Part shown: positions 18,386-27,845 of the stretch, one piece after another
Layout: each line of letters begins with the position of its first letter
Position numbering within the stretch: position 1 is the stretch's first letter
DNA from: Nitrospirota bacterium
GTDB lineage: Bacteria > Nitrospirota > Thermodesulfovibrionia > Thermodesulfovibrionales > JdFR-88
Assembly: GCA_021789215.1 (NCBI GenBank)
Contig: JAJYJS010000002.1
Span: 142,605-206,604, forward strand
Direction of reading: 5' to 3'
Length of the DNA: 64,000 nt
Position numbers and translations under genes: made by a program
The notes under the pieces: model-generated
The model's input: the letters and a program-made list of their open reading frames with translations, nothing else
Databases searched by the model: none
Told to the model about the DNA's origin: nothing

Positions 18386-19287
18386 AAAGTGCTCCTTACC
18401 GTCTGAGATATTTTTAACGCCAGCGCAAGGGCCTGCCTCGCCTCACGCGGGCTGACCCTGGGTCCGCCTCTTCCCCTGATGCAGCGGATGAAATCCGCAA
18501 GCTCCTCCTTCAAAGGCTCGCTTGCCGCGGGCTCTATGTCCTCCTGTCCGGCGGAGGTCTTGACCGTGACTTTTTTCGCGAGGAAATCGACCTTCACGAA
18601 CCTGTTTTTTTCCATGAACTTCATGACCCTGCGCTTTTCAGCCGCTATCCTGCTTGCGCTGAAAAAGGCGGAGCAGCCGTTTTCGAAATCCACCCATGCC
18701 TTGACGGTGTCCAGCTTCTCCGTCACGATGCAGGAGCCCGCCGCCCTGATTACCGAAGCCTCTGGGCACCCGAAGACGTGCAGGGCGATATCTATGTCGT
18801 GGATCATTATGTCCAGCGTAACGTCCACATCGGTTGACCTTGCCGGAAACGGCGACACCCTTTCGGCCTCTATGAAGCTTGGCGAGTCCAGATGCGAGAG
18901 GGCCTCTATCGCCGCCGGGTTGAACCTCTCCACGTGCCCCACCTGAAGTATCAGCTTGCGGGCCTGCGCCTCCCGTATGAGCGCGTCCGCTTCCTCGACC
19001 GAATAGCACATCGGCTTTTCAAGCAGGACGTCTTTCCCGTTCTTCAGGCATTCCATCGCGATGTCATAATGCGTCTCTGTCGGGGTGACTATGCTTACCG
19101 CGTCGACCGAGCCAAGCATCTCCCTGAAATCCGTGTACGCCCTTGCCCCGTAGGTGGAGGCCACCTCTTCCGCGCTTTCGCGGTCCAGGTCGGCCACACC
19201 CGCAAGCCGCGCTCCATCCAGGGTTGCATAAACCCTCGCGTGGTGCCTTCCGAGATAGCCCGCCCCTATGACCCCTATTCCTGGCAT
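18382..19287 (-). CDS. Gfo/Idh/MocA-family NAD-dependent oxidoreductase (GnnA-like candidate)
   Basis: N-terminal Rossmann segment [15 protein letters not shown] and an EKP motif (LLEKPM). First gene of the lipid A operon. Confidence 0.85.
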   Translation of the reverse strand: MPGIGVIGAGYLGRHHARVYATLDGARLAGVADLDRESAEEVASTYGARAYTDFREMLGSVDAVSIVTPTETHYDIAMECLKNGKDVLLEKPMCYSVEEADALIREAQARKLILQVGHVERFNPAAIEALSHLDSPSFIEAERVSPFPARSTDVDVTLDIMIHDIDIALHVFGCPEASVIRAAGSCIVTEKLDTVKAWVDFENGCSAFFSASRIAAEKRRVMKFMEKNRFVKVDFLAKKVTVKTSAGQEDIEPAASEPLKEELADFIRCIRGRGGPRVSPREARQALALALKISQTVRSTF

Positions 19288-19383
19288 TTCACCTCATGCG
19301 TGTTCAATATGGGAAAAATCAAAAGTAAATGATATTTTGCCTTAAATACAGGCATTTGGGCAAGTTTTTCAGGGAAAAAATGT

Positions 19384-20022
19384 TCAGATATTATTTGAAG
19401 GGCAGATGTCGTAGAGCACGCAGTCCTTGTGCCTGGGACTTCTGGCCAGGCAAACCCGCCTGCCGTGGAGGATCAGCAGATGAGAGAGGTCCGACCATTC
19501 CTCCCTGGCAGTAACGGCCATTAAATCCTGCTCTATTTTTACAGGGTCGGTCTTCGAGGTGAGCCCAAGCCTCCCGCTCAGGCGCTTCACGTGGGTATCG
19601 ACGGCTATGCCTTCGTTCAGGCCGAAGGCGTTTGAAAGGACGATGTTGGCCGTCTTTCTGGCGACCCCCGGAAGCCCCGTAAGCTCCGCCATCGTCCTGG
19701 GGACCTTGCCGCCGTATTTTTCCATTATTATTTCGGCGCACGTCTTTATGTTTTTGGCCTTGTTCCTGTAAAAGTTAATGGAGGAGACGTCCTTCTCCAG
19801 CTCCGGCAGCGAGGCCCCGGCGAATTCCCCGATGGATTTGTATTTTTTGAAAAGCCTCCCGGTCGCCCTGTTGACGCTCGCGTCCGTCGCCTGCGCGGAG
19901 AGGATGGTCGCGGCGAGCAGTTCGAAGGGCGTCTTGTAATGAAGCTCCGTCCGCGGGTCGGGGTATATCTTCTTAAGGCGGGCGATTATCTCCTGCATAT
20001 GCCTTTCCTTTCCGAACATCAT
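19384..20022 (-). CDS. nth: Endonuclease III
   Basis: HhH-GPD segment LTGLPGVARKTANIVL with DTHV, and a C-terminal Cys cluster. Confidence 0.92.
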   Translation of the reverse strand: MMFGKERHMQEIIARLKKIYPDPRTELHYKTPFELLAATILSAQATDASVNRATGRLFKKYKSIGEFAGASLPELEKDVSSINFYRNKAKNIKTCAEIIMEKYGGKVPRTMAELTGLPGVARKTANIVLSNAFGLNEGIAVDTHVKRLSGRLGLTSKTDPVKIEQDLMAVTAREEWSDLSHLLILHGRRVCLARSPRHKDCVLYDICPSNNI

Positions 20023-20399
20023 GCCAAATCGCCCCTTTCGGCAACGACGAAAGCCACGCCGTACTCCCGCTCGTGGCTCAGGCTCAGATGCACCCTCGAT
20101 ATCCCCGTGCCCTCAAGGGCCCGCTTCAGTTTTCCCTCGTTTCTGATTACGGGCTGTCCGCTTTCGAGGTTCACCACTTCGATGTCCCTGAAAGGGAGCC
20201 TGCCGACCCCGGCGGCCTTGATGAACGCCTCCTTGGCCGCGAACCGGACGGCAAGTGAGGTGTAGGGCTCGCTCTTTCTGAAGCAGTATTCTATCTCGCC
20301 GAGGGTGAACACCCTGTCAAGGAAACGGCGGCCCCACCTGAGGGCGGCCTCCCTTATCCGCTCCGTCTTGACGATGTCCACGCCTACGCCCTTTATCAC
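20019..20399 (-). CDS. acpS: Holo-[acyl-carrier-protein] synthase
   Basis: 126 aa with GVDIV and FAAKEAFIKA motifs. 4-nt overlaps on both sides. Confidence 0.9.
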   Translation of the reverse strand: MIKGVGVDIVKTERIREAALRWGRRFLDRVFTLGEIEYCFRKSEPYTSLAVRFAAKEAFIKAAGVGRLPFRDIEVVNLESGQPVIRNEGKLKRALEGTGISRVHLSLSHEREYGVAFVVAERGDLA

Positions 20400-21130
20400 G
20401 CGCAGGCCCCCGCGGATGCCTGTGCTATCAAGTCCCTCATCTCGCGCACGGCCTCTTTCATCCCCACAAACACCGCCCTGGATATTATGCTGTGGCCGAT
20501 ATAGAGCCCCCGCAGGCCGGGCATCTTCGCCACCTGCGCTGCATTGGTATAGTTCAGCCCGTGGCCCGCGTTCACCATTATTCCGGCGCTCTTTGCCAGC
20601 GATATGGACGCCTGCACCCTCTTAAGCTCCTTTTGAGCCTGCTGTCCCCTGGCGTTGGCGTAATAGCCGGTGTGTATCTCCACCATGTCCGCACCGGCTT
20701 GCGCGGAAGCCTCTATCGCGTCCTCATCGGGGTCTATGAAGAGGCTCACGGGGATGCCCGCGTCCTTCAGTCTTTTGATGGCATCTGCCGTCTTCCTGCG
20801 CTCGCCCGCGACATCGAGGCCGCCCTCGGTCGTAAGCTCCTGCCTTTTTTCGGGCACCAGTGTTACCATATCCGGCTTCACCTCAAGCGCGATCCCGAGC
20901 ATCTCCTTTGTCGCGGCCATCTCCAGATTGAGCTCTATCGCCACCAGTTCCCTGAGCATTCTCAGGTCGCGGTCGTTTATGTGCCGCCTGTCTTCGCGCA
21001 GATGGGCGGTTATGCCGTCCGCCCCTCCCAGGATGGCCAGGGACGCGCCCATTAAAGGGTCCGGCTCCACGCCCTTTCTTGCCTGCCTCAGTGTCGCTAC
21101 GTGATCCACATTCACCCCAAGAAAGACCAT
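20396..21130 (-). CDS. pdxJ: Pyridoxine 5'-phosphate synthase
   Basis: LGVNVDHVATLRQAR, HLREDRRHI and VNAGHGLNY motifs. Confidence 0.95.
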   Translation of the reverse strand: MVFLGVNVDHVATLRQARKGVEPDPLMGASLAILGGADGITAHLREDRRHINDRDLRMLRELVAIELNLEMAATKEMLGIALEVKPDMVTLVPEKRQELTTEGGLDVAGERRKTADAIKRLKDAGIPVSLFIDPDEDAIEASAQAGADMVEIHTGYYANARGQQAQKELKRVQASISLAKSAGIMVNAGHGLNYTNAAQVAKMPGLRGLYIGHSIISRAVFVGMKEAVREMRDLIAQASAGACA

Positions 21131-21138
21131 TTTCCTTG

Positions 21139-22869
21139 TCAGTCCACCAGATCCGCCAGGTTCGTAAACTCTGTCAACTTAACCAGCGTTCCTTTCTTTT
21201 TAGTTCCCGAACGAAATACGGTTATGCCTTTGCACCCTTTATCATAAGCAAAAAGATAAGCTTTTGCCACATCCGCCTTTGTGGCCTCCCTGGGCAGGTT
21301 TATCGTCTTGGACACGGCATTGTCGCAGTGCCTCTGGAATGAGGCCTGCATCTCTATATGGTCTTCCGGGGCTATCTCGTGCGCCGTCCTGAATATCTTT
21401 TTCACGTCCTCCGGGACCTCCCTTATCCCTTTCAGCATGCCCTTTTTTATCACCTTCTGCATGAGCTGGTCGGAATAGAACCCGCGCTCCCTGGCGATGG
21501 AGACGAAATACTTGTTCACGTCGAAAAGCTCTGTGTCGAGCACAAGGCGTTTGTATGCTATCTTGAATATGGGCTCTATGCCGCTTGAGCAGTCTGCTAT
21601 GAGAGATATCGTCCCGGTGGGGGCGACGGTGGTAAGAGTGGCGTTCCTGAGGGGGCGAGCGCCTGGCCTGTTCCAGATGGAGTCCCTGAAATTCGGGAAC
21701 GGGCCGCGTTTTTCCGCAAGGAGCGCCGAGGCGGCGTGGGCCGTTTCGTTTATGAACTTCATCAGCTTTCTGGCAAGCGCAAACGCCTCCCGGCTGTCAT
21801 ATTGTATGCCAAGCAGTATGAGCATGTCCGCCCAGCCCATGACGCCAAGCCCTGTCTTCCTGTTGCCCTTGTGCATGGTCTCCACCTCGGGCATCGGATA
21901 ATGGTTCACGTCGATGGCGTCGTCCAGGAAGCGGACGGCGGCGGAGACATCCTCGCCGAGAGAGCCGTAATCGGCCTTCGGAGCGCTGCCGGAGAGCACG
22001 TATTTCGACAGGTTGAGCGAGCCCAGCACACAGGCCTCGTTTGGAAGGAGGGGCTGCTCTCCGCACGGGTTTGTGCTCTCTATGCGCCCCAGTTTCGGGG
22101 TGGGGTTCGCCCTGTTTATCACGTCTATGAAGACAAGCCCGGGGTCTCCGGTCTCCCACGCGCAGGCCACAATCCCGTCAAAGACATCCTTTGCGCGGAC
22201 TTTTTTGACCGGCTCCTTCGTCCGCGGGTTGATCAGCTCGTACAGGCCGTCTTTCCTCAATGCCGTCATGAAGGCGTCCGTTACCGCCACGGATATGTTG
22301 AAGTTGGTAAGCTCTCCGGCTTCCCTCTTTGCCTTTATGAAATCCAGGATGTCGGGGTGGTCCACGCGGAGGACGCCCATATTGGCCCCCCTCCTGGCCC
22401 CGCCCTGCTTTATGACGTTTGTGGCCGTGTTGTAAATCTTCATGAAAGACACAGGGCCGCTTGCTACGCCCATGGTGGAGCGGACGAGGTCGGATTTGGG
22501 CCTCAAATGCGAAAATGAAAACCCCGTGCCACCGCCGCTTTGAAGTATGAGGGCGGCGTTCTTGAGGGTGCCGAAGATGCTCTCCATCGAGTCCTCGACA
22601 GGCAGGACGAAGCAGGCCGCAAGCTGGCCAAGGGACCTCCCGGCGTTCATCAGCGCGGGAGAGTTGGGGAGGAACCTGAGCCCCGCCAGGAGCCCGTAAA
22701 AGCGCTCCTCCCATGCAGGGGCGTCTTCGCCATAGAACCGCTCCGCCGCCGCGACATGGCGGGCCACGCGACGCATCATCTCCTCAGGGGTCTCGGCCAC
22801 CCGCCCCTTTTCGTCCTTGAGGAGATACCTGGCCCTGAGCGCCTTGAGAGCGTTTTCCGATAGCTGCAA
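21139..22869 (-). CDS. nrdJ: Class II (adenosylcobalamin-dependent) ribonucleotide reductase
   Basis: The NPCGEQPLLPNEACVLGSLNL active-site loop and the FSHLRPK and GGARRGANM segments. I chose the TTG start at 22869, preceded by GGAGGTG, giving MQLSENALKALRARYL. Confidence 0.85.
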   Translation of the reverse strand: MQLSENALKALRARYLLKDEKGRVAETPEEMMRRVARHVAAAERFYGEDAPAWEERFYGLLAGLRFLPNSPALMNAGRSLGQLAACFVLPVEDSMESIFGTLKNAALILQSGGGTGFSFSHLRPKSDLVRSTMGVASGPVSFMKIYNTATNVIKQGGARRGANMGVLRVDHPDILDFIKAKREAGELTNFNISVAVTDAFMTALRKDGLYELINPRTKEPVKKVRAKDVFDGIVACAWETGDPGLVFIDVINRANPTPKLGRIESTNPCGEQPLLPNEACVLGSLNLSKYVLSGSAPKADYGSLGEDVSAAVRFLDDAIDVNHYPMPEVETMHKGNRKTGLGVMGWADMLILLGIQYDSREAFALARKLMKFINETAHAASALLAEKRGPFPNFRDSIWNRPGARPLRNATLTTVAPTGTISLIADCSSGIEPIFKIAYKRLVLDTELFDVNKYFVSIARERGFYSDQLMQKVIKKGMLKGIREVPEDVKKIFRTAHEIAPEDHIEMQASFQRHCDNAVSKTINLPREATKADVAKAYLFAYDKGCKGITVFRSGTKKKGTLVKLTEFTNLADLVD

Positions 22870-22903
22870 GGAAAAAACACCTCCACAGGCCGTCTTTTTG
22901 CAA

Positions 22904-22912
22904 ATTATACCA
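22904..22912 (-). promoter_or_regulatory. Candidate extended -10 promoter (TGGTATAAT) for the nrdJ operon
   Basis: The reverse complement of 22904-22912 reads TGGTATAAT, about 35 nt upstream of the proposed TTG start. No good -35 box was seen. Confidence 0.4.
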
Positions 22913-22998
22913 GAAAGGGGAACGGGCATATTGCCAAGCGGCCTTTTGGGTGCTTAAATGTAAATAGAAAAATTCAGGGGGGAAATTTTTAACATAAA

Positions 22999-25059
22999 AT
23001 GCCAAGGGACATCCCCGTAAGCAACGGAAGGCTTCTCGTCTCTTTTGACGGGGGCTACAATATCAGGGACATCTATTTCCCCTGCTGCGGCATGGAAAAC
23101 CATGCCGCGGGGCATAAGTTCCGGTTCGGCATCTGGGCCGACGGCGCGCTAAGCTGGGTTGAGGACTGGAACCCCGCGCTCGACTACGCATGGGAAACGC
23201 TTGTGACCCACGTGGTGGCCGAAAATGGCCGGATGGGGCTGCGGCTGCACTCCTCCGATGCGGTGGATTTCAAGGATGACGTTTACCTCAGGATGCTCAC
23301 GGTAATAAATACGAGGCCGGAGCCGCGCAGTATCAGGGTCTTCTTCCACCACGACTTTCACATCTACGAGTCAGCCGACTCGGACACCGCCTACTTCGAC
23401 CCCGAGGAGGGCTCCATAATACATTACAAGTCCGACAGGTATTTCCTGATATGCGGGATGAGGGAGGGCAAAACAGGCTTTGACCAGTTCGCAACCGGGA
23501 GGAAGGAATTCGGCAGCTTCCAGGGTACATGGAAAGACGCGGAAGACGGGGCGCTGGAGGGCAATCCGATAGCGCAGGGTTCGGTAGACTCCTGCGTGTC
23601 CATGTGGATTGACCTGCCCCCATCGGGCGAAAAGACCATTTTCTACTGGATTGCGGCAGGGAAGAACTATGCGGAGGTGAGCGCCCTGAACCGCGCGGTA
23701 AGGGAGACCGGGCCCGCAAGGCTTATCGAACGGACCGGAAACCACTGGAGGGCATGGGCCGGCAAGGAAGAGATTAACATGGCTGGCCTTTCCACCCGGA
23801 TAAGGAACGTCTTCAAGCAGAGCCTGCTCATAATGCGCACGAACATGGACAAGGGGGGCGCGATAATAGCCTCCGCGGATTCCGATGTCAAGCTTTTCGC
23901 GCGGGACACATACAATTACGTCTGGCCAAGGGACGGGGCGATGACGGTGCACGCCATGGACAGGGCCGGGTTCCATTCCGCAACGGGAAAGTTCTTCGGG
24001 TTCTGCTCCGACATACTCTCCGCGGGAAAGGAAAGCGAGGGGTATTTCCTCCACAAGTACGACACGGAAGGGTGCCTCGGAAGCTCCTGGCACCCATGGA
24101 TACAGGACGGCAGGAGGCAGCTGCCCATCCAGGAGGACAGCACCGCCCTCGTCCTATGGGCGCTCTGGGGACACTACGAAAAGACCAGGGACGTCGAGTT
24201 CATCTCGTCGGTTTACGAGGGCATGATTTTAAAATGCGCCGATTTTCTGGACGCATACAGGGACAGGGAAAACAGGCTCCCCCTTCCCTCCTACGACCTG
24301 TGGGAGGAGAGGTGGGGCGTGCACACATACACCACTTCCGCGGTTTATGCGGGGCTCCAGGCCGCCGCCGGTTTCGCGGCGCTTTTCGGAGAGGAGGAAA
24401 GGGCCGCCCGGTACAGGGCTGCGGCTGGCGAGATAAAGACAGCTATGGAGGACTTCCTCTACGACCCCCGGGAGGGTCGTTTCCTGCGGACAATCTATCC
24501 ACAGACAGGCAATCTTTACATAAAGGACCTTACCGTGGACGCAAGCGCCTACGCCCCGTTCTATTTCGGCGTCTTCGATGCCGGTGACGAGAAGGTCGTA
24601 AACACCATGCTCTCCATAAAAGAGAGGCTGTGGGTAAAGACATCCGGCGGCATAGCCAGGTACGAAGGGGACAGCTATTACAGGCAGCGGGACTGCCCCG
24701 AAGAGATACCCGGCAATCCGTGGTTCATATGCACCATGTGGCTTGCCCAGTGGCACATTGCAAAGGCGGCCACCCCCGAAGAGCTGGAAGAGGCGGTGCC
24801 CTATCTGGAATGGGCCGCCAGGAGGGCGCTCCTTTCCGGCGTGTTCGCCGAACAGATAGACCCGGCTACAAATGAGCCCCTTTCGGCCTCTCCGCTTACA
24901 TGGAGCCATGCGGCATTCGTATCGGCCGTCCTTGACTACCTGTTCAGGCTGGAGGAGGTCGAGATATGCCCTTCCTGCGGCAACCCGCTCTTCAGCCACC
25001 AAAAACATACGGGGCATCCCGGCGCTTTCGGCGCTGCGCCCGTCTTTGTAGATATCTGA
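22999..25059 (+). CDS. Glycoside hydrolase family 15 (glucoamylase/glucodextranase-like)
   Basis: YVWPRDGAMTVHAM and YDLWEERWGVHTYT catalytic segments, with an N-terminal beta-sandwich-sized extension. Confidence 0.88.
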   Translation: MPRDIPVSNGRLLVSFDGGYNIRDIYFPCCGMENHAAGHKFRFGIWADGALSWVEDWNPALDYAWETLVTHVVAENGRMGLRLHSSDAVDFKDDVYLRMLTVINTRPEPRSIRVFFHHDFHIYESADSDTAYFDPEEGSIIHYKSDRYFLICGMREGKTGFDQFATGRKEFGSFQGTWKDAEDGALEGNPIAQGSVDSCVSMWIDLPPSGEKTIFYWIAAGKNYAEVSALNRAVRETGPARLIERTGNHWRAWAGKEEINMAGLSTRIRNVFKQSLLIMRTNMDKGGAIIASADSDVKLFARDTYNYVWPRDGAMTVHAMDRAGFHSATGKFFGFCSDILSAGKESEGYFLHKYDTEGCLGSSWHPWIQDGRRQLPIQEDSTALVLWALWGHYEKTRDVEFISSVYEGMILKCADFLDAYRDRENRLPLPSYDLWEERWGVHTYTTSAVYAGLQAAAGFAALFGEEERAARYRAAAGEIKTAMEDFLYDPREGRFLRTIYPQTGNLYIKDLTVDASAYAPFYFGVFDAGDEKVVNTMLSIKERLWVKTSGGIARYEGDSYYRQRDCPEEIPGNPWFICTMWLAQWHIAKAATPEELEEAVPYLEWAARRALLSGVFAEQIDPATNEPLSASPLTWSHAAFVSAVLDYLFRLEEVEICPSCGNPLFSHQKHTGHPGAFGAAPVFVDI

Positions 25060-25096
25060 ATTGACGGCTTTAACTCCGGGTTGATAAAATCTCCGC

Positions 25097-26338
25097 ATGC
25101 CGGGTTTTTTCCATTATTTCTATCTGCTGCTCTCCGATGAACACGACATTGAGAAGGCATGGGAGGAATTCGCCGCAAGCCTCAACCTTGCCTGCCCGGT
25201 CAGCAAGACGGCTGAAGAGTGCCGGATGGCGCTCGGCCCGAACGGGGAAAAGCTCTCTCTTTACCCCATGGGGCATATAGCCGTAATCGAGCTGTTCTCC
25301 CCTTTTGCCGGCATGGAACAAACCCTTTCGGAAATAGAAAGAAGGAGGGCCGCGCTTGAGGACAGGGACATCCAGGTCTCATTGATCGGCGAGTCAGTCC
25401 TCTTTGAAGGGGTCCCCGCATCCGGCTACCCCGGCGGGGTGCAGGAAACCCGTTACAGGGATACCCGGTTCTATGCCGATGCGAAGGATGAAAGCCTCTA
25501 TCGCAGGGCCTACTTCATCGACCGGCAGGCGGAGGTCTCCGGCCTGCGGGAATGGCTGCCGCGGACAGACTGCCTCCTGTTTCAGGCCTTCAGGCAGATG
25601 AGCTATTACAGGGAGCAGAGGGAGACCTTCCTCAAGAAGCGGGATGAACTGGACACAAGAACGGGAGAAGTGCTTTTAAGGAAAGGCGGGGAGGACATTG
25701 CGCTGCTTGAGGAGGACCTGGAAAGGCTTTCGCAAGTTTACGGGGTGATGGCCAACTACGGGCTCATGCTGAGGAGCGCTGGAGAGCGGGTGGAATCCGG
25801 CATAAAAGAGATAGAGCGCTGGATTGAGGGGCATGTGCCGGCAGGCGACGGCTTCTTCGCCCCGCGCCTTTCAATGTTAAAAGATTTTTCCGGGATACTG
25901 GGGAAAAGCCGCACGGACCTGGACATCTCGCTTGAAAACGCAAGGTCGGCGGCCGAGGTGGTGAAAAACCGCATCGAGCTTGCGCGCGCACGTGAAGGGC
26001 TTACCCTCCAGGAGAAGATAACGTCCTTGATGAAACAGAACGTAATGATACAGGAGGAGTCCCTCACGATAGGCATAGCGGCCTCGTTCATCGAGTTTGT
26101 TATCGTTATCTACTACGGCCTTAACATCTGGAAGACTCTCGCGGACGGACCGTTTCACCACATGCCTTTCCTGCTCAAATTCGCGCTGATATTGGCCCTT
26201 TCGGGCGCGGTCACCGCGGGGACGCACAAGGCCGCAAAGGCCTTAAAGGAAAAAAAGCGGAAGGACATTTTTATCTGGGCCGGGGTGATTGCCGCGGTAG
26301 TGCTGTTGATGGTGATAGCGAGCCTGGCCTACAGCTAA
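25097..26338 (+). CDS. Hypothetical membrane protein with a CorA-like C-terminal pore module (GLN instead of GMN)
   Basis: About 320 aa of soluble, coiled-coil-rich N-terminus, then NVMIQEESLTIGIAASFIEFVIVIYYGLNIW-loop-MPFLLKFALILAL-KEKKRK. This parallels the CorA segment NEVMKVLTI...YGMNF..MPEL..TM2..KKKK. There is an extra third TM at the C-terminus. Confidence 0.7.
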   Translation: MPGFFHYFYLLLSDEHDIEKAWEEFAASLNLACPVSKTAEECRMALGPNGEKLSLYPMGHIAVIELFSPFAGMEQTLSEIERRRAALEDRDIQVSLIGESVLFEGVPASGYPGGVQETRYRDTRFYADAKDESLYRRAYFIDRQAEVSGLREWLPRTDCLLFQAFRQMSYYREQRETFLKKRDELDTRTGEVLLRKGGEDIALLEEDLERLSQVYGVMANYGLMLRSAGERVESGIKEIERWIEGHVPAGDGFFAPRLSMLKDFSGILGKSRTDLDISLENARSAAEVVKNRIELARAREGLTLQEKITSLMKQNVMIQEESLTIGIAASFIEFVIVIYYGLNIWKTLADGPFHHMPFLLKFALILALSGAVTAGTHKAAKALKEKKRKDIFIWAGVIAAVVLLMVIASLAYS

Positions 26339-26532
26339 AACCTGTGCATCTTCAGTTTCAGGGCCACGAGCCTTTCCTTGAGGACCCTCTGATGGTTGTG
26401 CTCGTCGTTGGCAAGGGTCTCGAAGACGGCCTTTGTTTCCGGGTCGGAGGATTCCTCGGCGCACTTCCTGTACAGATCTTCGCTTTTCTTTTCGTTCTCT
26501 ATGGCCTTGGCCATTATTTCCATCACATCCAT
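26335..26532 (-). CDS. 65-aa ferritin/rubrerythrin-like two-helix protein
   Basis: The pattern AIENEKKSEDLY...LANDEHNHQRVL resembles half of a di-iron four-helix bundle (E...ExxH). Codon usage (AGG, ATA) matches the neighbouring genes. The RBS is weak. Confidence 0.55.
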   Translation of the reverse strand: MDVMEIMAKAIENEKKSEDLYRKCAEESSDPETKAVFETLANDEHNHQRVLKERLVALKLKMHRF

Positions 26533-26592
26533 GCAAGGAAAATAACAGAATAGCCGGAGGCTGTCAAGGTTTTAGTTCCACAGGTTTTCGTT

Positions 26593-27774
26593 CTACTTAT
26601 GCAGCCTGTAAAAGCCCGTTGCGGCAAATGTGATTATCGCCAGCACCTCAAGAAGGACGGAGAGGGCTATGAGCAGCAGGGGGGAGACATCGTAGAGAAA
26701 ACCCATCGCGGTGCTCCCGGCAAAAAATGCCAGTCCGTATATGGCATTGAATATCCCGTAGGCCATGCCCCGGCGCTCCACCGGAGTAATGTCCGCAATG
26801 GCCGCGCGCATTACGGTCTCGTGTATGCCTACGACCGCGCCCCAGAGCACAATGCCTATTATCGCCATGCGAAAGCCGTAAAGGAACGAAAGAAACGCCA
26901 CGGGCAGGCTCAGTACGGGTGCGGCAATGAGAAAGCGCAGCCCTATCCTGTCATAGATTTTACCTATCGCAAGCGCCACAACTCCGTCCGCGGCCATAGC
27001 TATTATGTAGAGGACGGGTATCTGAAGGTCGGTGGCCATATGGCTCACCTTCAGGTGATAGGAGATGAGGGAAAAATGGGTGACCCCCGCCACGCTGAGA
27101 AACGTAAACAGCGCGTACAGCCAGAACAGGCGGGACATGCCCCTGGCCTCTTCGAGCGCTGGCGTCCTCGGCTCCAGCTTTTCCGGATGGGGTATCTTCA
27201 TGCGCGCCCCCGACAGGAAGGCTATCGAGAGGACGGCGGGCACCCACAGGATATTGAAGCCCTCCGCGTAGTCGCCCTTGAAGACAAACACCATCGTGAA
27301 AACGAGCGGGCCGGTCACTGCGCCCACCTGGTCGAAAAACTCGTGCAGGCCGAAGCCCCATCCCCTGCCCACCCTCTTTGCGGCATGGGAGAGGATGGCG
27401 TCCCTTGCCGGCGTCCTGATAGCTTTTCCAAGCCTCTCAAGGACTATAAGGACGGCCGCCCACTGCCAGTGGCGGGTGAAGGCGAGAAGGGGGATGGCAA
27501 ATATGAACGCGTAGCCGGTAAACGTGAGGAGCCAGTATGCCTTGACCCTGTCTACAAGATAACCCGAAGCCATGCGGAAGGCATAGCCCAGGAACTCGCC
27601 AAAGCCCGCGACGATTCCCACCACCCCGGCGCTTGCTCCGAGCACGGCGAGATAAGGCCCCGTGATGCTCCTTGCGCCCTCATACGTGATGTCGCCGAAA
27701 AGGCTGACCATCCCCATGAAGATGATGAGCCGGTATGCGGGCTTCCTGTCTTCGCCTCTGTCCTGTCCGGTCAT
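26593..27774 (-). CDS. Major facilitator superfamily transporter
   Basis: About 12 hydrophobic segments, with a D-R-x-G-R-like loop (LVDRVK, KIYDRIGLR). Confidence 0.85.
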   Translation of the reverse strand: MTGQDRGEDRKPAYRLIIFMGMVSLFGDITYEGARSITGPYLAVLGASAGVVGIVAGFGEFLGYAFRMASGYLVDRVKAYWLLTFTGYAFIFAIPLLAFTRHWQWAAVLIVLERLGKAIRTPARDAILSHAAKRVGRGWGFGLHEFFDQVGAVTGPLVFTMVFVFKGDYAEGFNILWVPAVLSIAFLSGARMKIPHPEKLEPRTPALEEARGMSRLFWLYALFTFLSVAGVTHFSLISYHLKVSHMATDLQIPVLYIIAMAADGVVALAIGKIYDRIGLRFLIAAPVLSLPVAFLSFLYGFRMAIIGIVLWGAVVGIHETVMRAAIADITPVERRGMAYGIFNAIYGLAFFAGSTAMGFLYDVSPLLLIALSVLLEVLAIITFAATGFYRLHK

Positions 27775-27845
27775 GGATTATTAAAATAAAGGGTGCCCTA
27801 AACCGGCGGAATTGTCAAGAAACGGGAGAGGTTATTTTAAAAAAT

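Noticed and set aside
22870-22998. A cobalamin riboswitch or NrdR box upstream of the B12-dependent RNR.
   Set aside because: The region is only about 130 nt and is shared with the divergent GH15 gene. It has no B12-box (GCCACUG-like) or paired NrdR-box palindromes that I can see. Only an extended -10 element was noted.
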